A stretch of 64,000 bases of DNA from Candidatus Bathyarchaeota archaeon (GTDB taxonomy: Archaea > Thermoproteota > Bathyarchaeia > TCS64), in contig JBDRQD010000057.1 in the NCBI GenBank assembly GCA_043826455.1, positions 1 to 64,000 on the forward strand, read 5' to 3'. The translations under genes were made by a program, and so were the position numbers. Under the pieces are notes generated by a model. The model did no database searches. It saw nothing but the letters and a program-made list of their open reading frames with translations, and was not told the origin of the DNA. Of this stretch, positions 28,995-36,214 are shown piece after piece; within the stretch, counting starts at the first letter, position 1, and each line of letters starts with the position of its first letter.

Positions 28995-29312
28995 GTGTTG
29001 ATAATGGCGGAGATTTGTCCCGTATGCGGCCTCCCTAAAGACCTCTGCGTATGCGAGGAGATGAGCAAGGAGGAGCAGCGGATCAGAATTCGTTTAGAGA
29101 CAAGAAAATGGGGAAAGAAATGGACCATCATCGATGGCATCGACTCTGGAACCGTGTCTCTGAACCGTTTAGCATCTGAACTCAAGGCCAAGTGCGCCTG
29201 CGGGGGCACGGCCAAGAACGAACAGGTAATGCTCATGGGGGACCACCGGGACACTGTCAGGGACTCCCTCATACAGATGGGCTTCCCAGACGAGAACATA
29301 GAGGTCCAGTAG
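28995..29312 (+). CDS. Translation initiation factor aIF1 (SUI1)
   Basis: EICPVCGLPKDLCVCEE and LKAKCACGGT. Confidence 0.95.
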   Translation: MLIMAEICPVCGLPKDLCVCEEMSKEEQRIRIRLETRKWGKKWTIIDGIDSGTVSLNRLASELKAKCACGGTAKNEQVMLMGDHRDTVRDSLIQMGFPDENIEVQ

Positions 29313-29313
29313 A

Positions 29314-29520
29314 ATGGCCCCCCTCAAGGGCCTAATGGACACCCTAAAGAGCACAAAGTACAGAGCCCCCAACCCAGTTTTCTGCCCCAACTGCAGAAGC
29401 CACAGAGTCAAGCTCAAGGAGAGCTACGGCATACTGCCCCACACCTACCGCTGCGAAGACTGCGGCTACGAAGGACCCCTGGTCCTGGAGCTGGAGCCAG
29501 AGGAAGAGGAGCCGCGCTGA
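29314..29520 (+). CDS. Small zinc-ribbon protein
   Basis: CPNC...YRCEDCGYEGP. Confidence 0.75.
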   Translation: MAPLKGLMDTLKSTKYRAPNPVFCPNCRSHRVKLKESYGILPHTYRCEDCGYEGPLVLELEPEEEEPR

Positions 29521-29565
29521 GTTTTTAACCCCGAACCCTCCTATGTAGGTGAAGCACCCCCGCCC

Positions 29566-30549
29566 GTGAGCAAGATGTCCGAGGACCTAGAGTATTTCAA
29601 GGCCAAGTACCAGACCCTAGAGGACCTGCCGGGCATCGGCCCCGCCACGGTGGCCAAGCTCAAGGAGATAGGGTTTAGGACAGTGGAGAGCCTGGGGACC
29701 GCGGCGGTCAGCGAGCTGGTGGCCGCGGGCATCGGGGAAGCTGTGGCCACGAAGGTGATCGAGGAGGCTAGGAAGGGCCTAGCCATTACCTTCGTCAGGG
29801 GCGACGAGCTCGTGGAGCTCCGCCGGAACGTGAGGAAGCTCACCACGGGGTGCAGCAGCCTGGACCAGCTCACGAACGGGGGCCTGGAGACCCAGAGCCT
29901 CACTGAGTTCTACGGAGAGTTCGGCTCCGGGAAGAGCCAGATGTGCCACCAGCTCTGCGTCACGGTGCAGCTCCCCGAGAGCCAGGGGGGCCTGGGCGGC
30001 AGCGCCCTCTACATAGACACCGAGAACACCTTCAGGCCCGAGAGGGTCCAGCAGATAGCCCCCAGGTTCGGAGTGGACCCCGACGAGGTCCTAGCAGGGA
30101 TCGTCTACGCCGAGGCCTACACCAGCAACCACCAGACTGTGCTCCTGGACAACGCTGACGAGGTCATCAAGGAGAACGGCATCAGACTCATCATCGTGGA
30201 CAGCGTCATGAGTCACTTCAGGAGCGAGTACCTGGGCAGGGAGATGCTGGCCCCCCGGCAGCAGCAGCTAAACAAGCACCTCCACAAGCTCATGAGGCTG
30301 AGCCGCGCCTTCAACACAGTTGCCGTCATCACCAACCAGGTGATGGCCAGCCCGGACGCCTTCTTCAGCAAGGCCGTGTCGCCTGTAGGCGGCCACATAA
30401 TAGGCCACATGAGCCACAACAGGATATTCCTGAGGAAGGGCAGAAACAACGTCAGGATAGCCAAGCTGACGGCGAGCCCCAGCCTCCCCGAGGGGGAGGT
30501 ACCCATGAGGATAACAGAGAGAGGGATCGAGAGTGACGAAGAGTTCTAA
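29566..30549 (+). CDS. radA: DNA repair and recombination protein RadA
   Basis: HhH LEDLPGIGP, GEFGSGKSQ, YIDTENTFRPER, IIVDS, TNQV. Confidence 0.97.
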   Translation: MSKMSEDLEYFKAKYQTLEDLPGIGPATVAKLKEIGFRTVESLGTAAVSELVAAGIGEAVATKVIEEARKGLAITFVRGDELVELRRNVRKLTTGCSSLDQLTNGGLETQSLTEFYGEFGSGKSQMCHQLCVTVQLPESQGGLGGSALYIDTENTFRPERVQQIAPRFGVDPDEVLAGIVYAEAYTSNHQTVLLDNADEVIKENGIRLIIVDSVMSHFRSEYLGREMLAPRQQQLNKHLHKLMRLSRAFNTVAVITNQVMASPDAFFSKAVSPVGGHIIGHMSHNRIFLRKGRNNVRIAKLTASPSLPEGEVPMRITERGIESDEEF

Positions 30550-30925
30550 CCCCACAAAAGGATTCACCGTGACCGGCAAGACCAAGGAGGCCGTGTCCAC
30601 CTTCATAACCAACGTCCTGGAGCGCAAGTTCACCGACGCGGAGCGCACCCTGGAGGACGTGAAGACCAAGAGCTTCAGCGACGACGAGTACAGGGCGGGC
30701 TACATCAACGCCCTGGAGGGGATACTGCTGTCCGTCCGGTCAGGGGACGAGAGGGACTTCTTCAACAAGGTGGAGTTCAACAAGAGCAACATGAAGAAGT
30801 ACACAGAGGACTTCAAGAGCTTCAACAGCAGCCCCATAAGGACCAACTGGGACTTGGGATACTTCTCGGCGTGGACCGACCTGCTGAACTACCGGATAAA
30901 CACCGAGAACCACTCTAAACCATAG
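30533..30925 (+). CDS. Hypothetical protein
   Basis: 130 aa ORF with host-like codon use, overlapping the end of radA. Confidence 0.7.
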   Translation: MTKSSNPTKGFTVTGKTKEAVSTFITNVLERKFTDAERTLEDVKTKSFSDDEYRAGYINALEGILLSVRSGDERDFFNKVEFNKSNMKKYTEDFKSFNSSPIRTNWDLGYFSAWTDLLNYRINTENHSKP

Positions 30926-31184
30926 TAATATTCAGGGTGTGCAGAAGGGTCCAGGCGAAGAGCCACAGGAACAGGAAGGCCCCGATACCTATCTTGATGG
31001 TCCTGTTCCTGTCGATGCCCGTCAACACGGCCAGGCTCTCAGACAGGGCCACGTAGACGCTGACACCCGCCATGAGCGTCAGGTGCTCCTGTAGACCCAG
31101 GATAGAGTTAAGGTACATACACAGGGCGCCTGTTACCAGGGCGCCCCCGGCCTTGATCCAGTAGACCTTCTCAGACGGCTTCAA
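30915..31184 (-). CDS. Small 3-TM membrane protein, EMC6/Rab5ip-like
   Basis: KVYWIK N-terminus and a GIGAFLFLWLFAWTLLHT C-terminal helix. Confidence 0.6.
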   Translation of the reverse strand: MKPSEKVYWIKAGGALVTGALCMYLNSILGLQEHLTLMAGVSVYVALSESLAVLTGIDRNRTIKIGIGAFLFLWLFAWTLLHTLNITMV

Positions 31185-31237
31185 GCGTTGTAGCTCCGGT
31201 GGGTTTCAACTCTATTTCCCTACACCCTATATATAGG

Positions 31238-32056
31238 TTAGCTGATGTACCCCAGCTTCTTCTCCTCGGGGAGGAAGCCCTCTTCCTCCTCCTCGTAGAT
31301 GTCCAGCCGCTTCTTGATGGAAGCGTCTATCCTCTGGGCCCTGATCCTCAGCTGCTCGGTGTCTATGTCCAGGCTCAGGAGGTCAGCCAGCTTCTCCACC
31401 ACCGCCTTGCTAGCCAGATGCTGGGGCACGTTGGCGTAGGTGATGTCCCCCATGAGGCAGACGCCCTCAATGCCCTTCATCTTGGCCACCCCAATGAGGA
31501 CCCCGTTGAGCCCGTTCACGGCCCCCTCAGTCTCCAGTATCTTGACGCCCGCGGCCTCCAGCTCAGGCCTCATGGCCTCATCCGTGTAGATTCCGTACAC
31601 TTCAGGCGTCTCATAGACATCGTTGGGGTAGGCCGCCATGGTGTACAGGCGCTTCACCCCGAGGTCGAGGGCGAGCTCACTGATCTTCTCCGCCAGCCTT
31701 AGGCTCTCCTCGGGTATGCTGGGCTGGGCGTCCCCTACGCAGATGACCAGGTTGTGCTCCTTGGACGCGTAGAGCTTGTGGCGTATGGGGGCCAGGTCCA
31801 CCTTACCGTTGTTGTAGACTAGGACATTGTGGTAGTACTTTATCTCGGCGAAGAGGGTGGCCCTGAGGCGTCTCCTCAGGTAGTCGGCGGATATCTTGGC
31901 CAGGTAGCCCATCCCGGGCCAAGCCGCTATCATGTTGGGCTGCTGCAGCTCGGGTCTGTGCATGTATTGGATGTCCATGAGACTCAGCATATGGTGAAAT
32001 GTATTCGCATTAAACGTTTCGTTTTCCTGGGCCACACATGGATTCACTGTCGACAT
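31238..32056 (-). CDS. PAC2 proteasome assembly chaperone family protein
   Basis: IAAWPGMGYLAKI, GDAQP, GLNGVLIG...GVCLMG and a C-terminal GYIS. The start is probably near 31990 or 31978. Confidence 0.88.
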   Translation of the reverse strand: MSTVNPCVAQENETFNANTFHHMLSLMDIQYMHRPELQQPNMIAAWPGMGYLAKISADYLRRRLRATLFAEIKYYHNVLVYNNGKVDLAPIRHKLYASKEHNLVICVGDAQPSIPEESLRLAEKISELALDLGVKRLYTMAAYPNDVYETPEVYGIYTDEAMRPELEAAGVKILETEGAVNGLNGVLIGVAKMKGIEGVCLMGDITYANVPQHLASKAVVEKLADLLSLDIDTEQLRIRAQRIDASIKKRLDIYEEEEEGFLPEEKKLGYIS

Positions 32057-32277
32057 GTATGGGTTGACAACGAGCTTTTGTAGTTCGTGTTAAGCGTTTT
32101 AAAGGCGTCTCCCCGTGTTTTTCTATCCCCGGGTAAATACACCGGTTGTCACATAAAGGTGTAACATTCTTTACACGTGTGAGGCAAAACCTCTATAAGG
32201 GTGCATGCGGCTAACCGCCCGTTATGCCTTCTCCGTGAAACAGAACCATATTATAATAAACGAGTCCAATGTGTTGC

Positions 32278-32474
32278 TGTAGCGGGGGGCACCCGGGGGA
32301 GAAGGGGTCCGAGCCCAGCTGACTAGCCCACTAGCGGCGGTTGAGCAGCGACCTTGTTCGGGTTTGCCTGGACAAGCCCCTGCGCGCGGCCCCCGAAGCC
32401 ACTGGACTGGGTCCGCACGGATAAGGTCCGGCCGAGGGGACGGGGTTAAGCCCCCGGAACTGAGCCCCGCTACA
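32278..32474 (+). ncRNA. Candidate structured non-coding RNA of unknown class
   Basis: GC-rich intergenic block closed by the perfect 10-bp helix TGTAGCGGGG/CCCCGCTACA, with internal hairpins, TTATAATAAA at 32251-32260 and a T-tract right after the 3' end. Confidence 0.65.
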
Positions 32475-32507
32475 CCTTTTCAGGTTCAAGGATAGTGGAT
32501 ACTGGGT

Positions 32508-32858
32508 ATGGCTAGAGTGAGAGAGTGGTCAGACGAGGAGGTTAGGAGACTCACCAAATTGTATACGTCGAACAAGGCCTTCGATGAGATTGTGCTGGAG
32601 TTCCCCTCCCGGACCTCAAACGCCATAAGACTCAAGGCCTCCAGGATGGGTTTAAAGAGACCGACCTTTCCTGTGAACCTGATCCAAGCCGAGAGAGTGA
32701 GGTATCACTCCCTGGACGGGGACGGCGCCACAGGATACCTCATCAAGTGCAGTGAGTGCGGCTCATGGATCCAGGCCGAGAGGACGGGTGGCGGCATATG
32801 CCAGACCATCTCCTGCAGCGAGTGCGGCGCCCTCCACGAGGTGCTTACAGATTCCTAA
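32508..32858 (+). CDS. Myb/HTH-like plus zinc-ribbon protein
   Basis: WSDEEVRRL...RTSNAIRLKASRMGL and CSEC...CSEC. Confidence 0.75.
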   Translation: MARVREWSDEEVRRLTKLYTSNKAFDEIVLEFPSRTSNAIRLKASRMGLKRPTFPVNLIQAERVRYHSLDGDGATGYLIKCSECGSWIQAERTGGGICQTISCSECGALHEVLTDS

Positions 32859-32927
32859 GTGAACTCGGGTGCGCCGGGTTCATGATGTTTTTATACCCTT
32901 TAACCTAAGTTGATATGAGGGTGCCTG

Positions 32928-33481
32928 ATGGTACTAGAGATCACTTCCAGGATGCTGGTGAGGGAAGCAATGTCCAGCCCCGTTATATCCATCCACGAGG
33001 ACGCCAGCGTGGTGGAGCTGGCTGACACCATGAAGACCCAGAGAGTGGGCGCCATCATCGTCGTTAACAAGCAGAGCAAGCCTGTGGGCATCGTCACCGA
33101 GAGGGACATCGTGACCCGGGTGGTGGCGGGAGGAAGAACCCCTAAGGCGGTGATAGCTAAGGAGATCATGTCCTCGCCCCTCAGGATGGTGGAGCCGGAC
33201 ATGAAGCTCATGGACGTCATGAGCCTCATGGATAAGCTCAACGTGAGGCGCCTGGGTGTTATATACAAGGGGGACCTGGTCGGCATCGTGTCAGACAGGG
33301 ACATCATACGGCTGGTGCCCACCATCGTGGAGATCATGAGGAGCAGAGGGAGATCAACAACCTGGCCAACGTGTCAGGTCCATCAGTGGCCGGGTACTGC
33401 GACCGCTGCGAGATCTACAGCAACAACCTGCGGACCGTGGACGGAGAGTTCCTCTGCGAGGACTGTAGGGTAGAGGAGTAA
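32928..33481 (+). CDS. CBS-pair protein with C-terminal Zn finger, apparent 1-nt frameshift near 33340
   Basis: Two CBS domains. After the shift the other frame reads REINNLANVSGPSVAGYCDRCEIYSNNLRTVDGEFLCEDCRVEE*. Confidence 0.85.
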
Positions 33482-33512
33482 ACCCTTAACCCGTCCAACC
33501 ATACTTCTACTC

Positions 33513-33989
33513 ATGAGGCCCCGTTTCCTTGTGGACAGCATGCTGGGCTCCCTGTCCCGGTGGCTGAGGATAACGGGGTTCGACGCGGAGTATCGGAGGG
33601 ACGCCGCCGACGAGGACCTCATAGATGAGGCCATCGCCACGGGGCGGGTGCTATTGACCCGGGACAAGGTGTTGGCGGCTAGAGCAGCCAAGAGGGGTGT
33701 CCAGGTGGTGCTGGTGGAGGGCGAGCATGACGTGGAGCAGCTGGGTATGGTGGCGTCGGCCCTTAGCCTGGAACTGGAGGTCTCCGAGTCCAGGTGCCCG
33801 AAATGTAACGGATGCCTCGAGAGGGCCGAGAAGAGTATGCTAACGGACCAGGTTCCAGAAGCGTCCCTCAACGCCTTCGACGAGTTCTGGGTCTGTCGGG
33901 AGTGTGGCTCCGTATTCTGGAGGGGGAGCCACTGGGACCAGATAAGATCCACCCTCGAGAAGGCCGAAAGGATGGGGAGCACGGGCTAA
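33513..33989 (+). CDS. Mut7-C RNase (PIN-like) domain protein
   Basis: RFLVDSMLGSLSRWLRITGFD, LLTRD, SRCPKCN, CRECGSVFWRGSHW. Confidence 0.92.
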   Translation: MRPRFLVDSMLGSLSRWLRITGFDAEYRRDAADEDLIDEAIATGRVLLTRDKVLAARAAKRGVQVVLVEGEHDVEQLGMVASALSLELEVSESRCPKCNGCLERAEKSMLTDQVPEASLNAFDEFWVCRECGSVFWRGSHWDQIRSTLEKAERMGSTG

Positions 33990-34038
33990 GTCTTTATAAG
34001 ATGATGTAGGTGAGCTTGTCTTAAAGGGGGCCATACAT

Positions 34039-34653
34039 CTGTTCAGTTTAACTGATAAGGAGGGGGAGTACCTGGTGCGGTTAGCCCGGGCCACCATAGA
34101 GGCAAGGCTGGGGCTGGCTGAAGCCCCCAACGTGACTGACGCCCCGAAGGCCACACATGAGAAATGCGGGGTCTTCGTCACCCTCAACAAACTGGGGGCG
34201 GGCGGTCACAGCCTTAGGGGCTGCATTGGCTATCCTCTTCCCCATAAGCGGCTGATTGAGGCGCTCACCGAGTCAGCTTTGAACGCCGCCTTCGACGACC
34301 CCAGGTTTCCCCCCGTGAAAGCCCCAGAGATGGACAGGATCACGGTGGAGGTGAGCGTCCTTACGCCCCCCGAAACCGTTAAAGTGGGTTCCCCTAGAGA
34401 ATACACTGAGCATGTGAGGGTCGGCACGGACGGCCTCATCGTGGGCAGAGGGATGAGGAGGGGGCTTCTGCTCCCCCAGGTGGCCACGGACTGGAGTTGG
34501 GACTCTGAGGAGTTCCTCTCCCAGTGCTGCTTGAAGGCTGGCCTACCCCCGGACGCCTGGCTCCTGGAAGAGACAGAGGTGGAGAGGTTTCAGGCCATAA
34601 TCTTCGGGGAGGAGTTGCCCCGAGGCAAGGTGTCGAGACACAAGTTAATCTGA
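34039..34653 (+). CDS. AMMECR1-domain protein (TIGR00296 / AmrA)
   Basis: GVFVTL, LRGCIGYP, AAFDDPRF, EVSVLT, GLLLPQVA, CLKAGL. The frame extends upstream of the GTG at 34075 to a CTG at 34039 (FSLTDKEGEYLVRLAR). Confidence 0.92.
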   Translation: MFSLTDKEGEYLVRLARATIEARLGLAEAPNVTDAPKATHEKCGVFVTLNKLGAGGHSLRGCIGYPLPHKRLIEALTESALNAAFDDPRFPPVKAPEMDRITVEVSVLTPPETVKVGSPREYTEHVRVGTDGLIVGRGMRRGLLLPQVATDWSWDSEEFLSQCCLKAGLPPDAWLLEETEVERFQAIIFGEELPRGKVSRHKLI

Positions 34654-34669
34654 GGAGAAGGTCACCCCG

Positions 34670-35860
34670 TTGGACGGATTCGAAGGGTCACGGATCTACT
34701 TCAGCCCATGCGGCATAGGACTGGGTCACGTGAGTAGAAGTGTCCCCCTCGCTCAGGAGGTCGTTAAGCGGGGTGGCAGTGTACTGTTCTCCACGTACCT
34801 GGAGGCCGTGGACTATGTGCAGAAGTATGGGCTGCCCGTGGTGGCTGCGCCACCCATACAGATGGAGAACGACCCAACGGGGAGCATAGACATCAAGGGC
34901 ACAACCATTGAAGCGGGGATCACCGCTATACCCACCTTCATGGAGCAGATCAGGTTCGAGATACTGTACATGAAGGCCTTCAAGCCCCACGTAGTCTTCT
35001 CGGACTCACGCCTGAGCACCATATACGCCGCCAAGCTGCTGAAGCTGCCCATTGTGCTGCTGCTGAACCAGTTTCTGCCGCGGATACCCAGGGTGGAGGA
35101 CACCAACTTCTTCAGGATCGTGGACGGCACAATCCTCACCCTCCTAGGCAGGAGTTGGACCCTCAGCGACGTCCTGGTGATCCCTGACTTCCCGGAACCC
35201 TACACCATCAGCCTTGACAGCCTGAGGATGCCGAGGCGGTACGGCGCCCGCGTGAACCTGGTGGGATGCATACTGCCTGAGAAGCCTGAGGACAACCACA
35301 AGAGAGAAGAGATCAGGGAGAGCCTGGGGGTTGAGGAGGGGCAGACCCTGGTGTACGCCGGGATCAGTGGCCCCCGCTCCGAGAGGATGCCTCTCATCAA
35401 TATGCTTGTCCCCATATTCAAGAGGTTCCCTGAAAGGTACAAGGTTATCATGTCCATGGGGGTCCCGGACGGGGGCTCCAAGGCGGTTAACCACTCATCC
35501 CTCACCCTGATCCCTTGGATTGAGAACAGGTTCGAGTACCTGAACGCGTGCGACATGGTCATCAGCAGAGGCGGCCACGAGACCATCATGCAGAGCATAT
35601 GCTACGGGAAGCCCAGCATCATCATCCCCGTGCCTAAACACCCTGAGCAGTACGGTAACGCACGCCGAGCCATGGAGCTGGGGGTGGCCAAGGCGATCCA
35701 CCAGAGCAACGTGTCTCAGGAGAGCCTCTTTAAGAAGGTAGACGCAGTGGTAGACAACGACCACTATGGGCAGAGGCTGCAGGAAATCAACTCCAAGGAG
35801 AAGCTGGACATGGGCCTGGAGCACACCTTGGAGGTCATCCACGAGTTCCTCGTCGGCTAG
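34670..35860 (+). CDS. GT-B glycosyltransferase (GT28 / MurG-like)
   Basis: CGIGLGHVSR, ISRGGHETI, HPEQYGNA. Confidence 0.88.
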   Translation: MDGFEGSRIYFSPCGIGLGHVSRSVPLAQEVVKRGGSVLFSTYLEAVDYVQKYGLPVVAAPPIQMENDPTGSIDIKGTTIEAGITAIPTFMEQIRFEILYMKAFKPHVVFSDSRLSTIYAAKLLKLPIVLLLNQFLPRIPRVEDTNFFRIVDGTILTLLGRSWTLSDVLVIPDFPEPYTISLDSLRMPRRYGARVNLVGCILPEKPEDNHKREEIRESLGVEEGQTLVYAGISGPRSERMPLINMLVPIFKRFPERYKVIMSMGVPDGGSKAVNHSSLTLIPWIENRFEYLNACDMVISRGGHETIMQSICYGKPSIIIPVPKHPEQYGNARRAMELGVAKAIHQSNVSQESLFKKVDAVVDNDHYGQRLQEINSKEKLDMGLEHTLEVIHEFLVG

Positions 35861-35899
35861 TCGAATGTGTTAAATCGGGTACCGCTTGTATTTGGGGGC

Positions 35900-36208
35900 A
35901 TGGACTACCACTATGCTAAGAAACGTGACCCGAAGGTCAACGAGTACTTCGACACGGGCGTCATGGACGCCTGGAGTGAATGGAATAGGAAGGTCATGGA
36001 GCCGGGTAAGCTGGACGTGAAGACCAAGGAGCTCATCGCCGTGGCTTGCACCTACATGACGAGGTGCCCATACTGCATCGAGGGACACGCGAAGGCGGCC
36101 ATCAAGGCGGGGGCCACCAAGGAGGAGCTGGCCGAGGTCATCCAGATAACCATGGCGCTCAGCAGCGGAGCAGTAGTCGCCCACAGGAACTTCGCCCTAG
36201 ACGTCTAG
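35900..36208 (+). CDS. Carboxymuconolactone decarboxylase / AhpD family protein
   Basis: LDVKTKELIAVA...RCPYCIEGH...GATKEELAE. The start is taken at the ATG at 35900. Confidence 0.9.
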   Translation: MDYHYAKKRDPKVNEYFDTGVMDAWSEWNRKVMEPGKLDVKTKELIAVACTYMTRCPYCIEGHAKAAIKAGATKEELAEVIQITMALSSGAVVAHRNFALDV

Positions 36209-36214
36209 GACCCC

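Noticed and set aside
32278..32474. Assignment as SRP RNA, RNase P RNA or cobalamin riboswitch
   Set aside because: It is too short for archaeal SRP RNA and lacks the helix-8 motif. The RNase P P4 pairing cannot be built. B12-box-like words appear in the wrong order.
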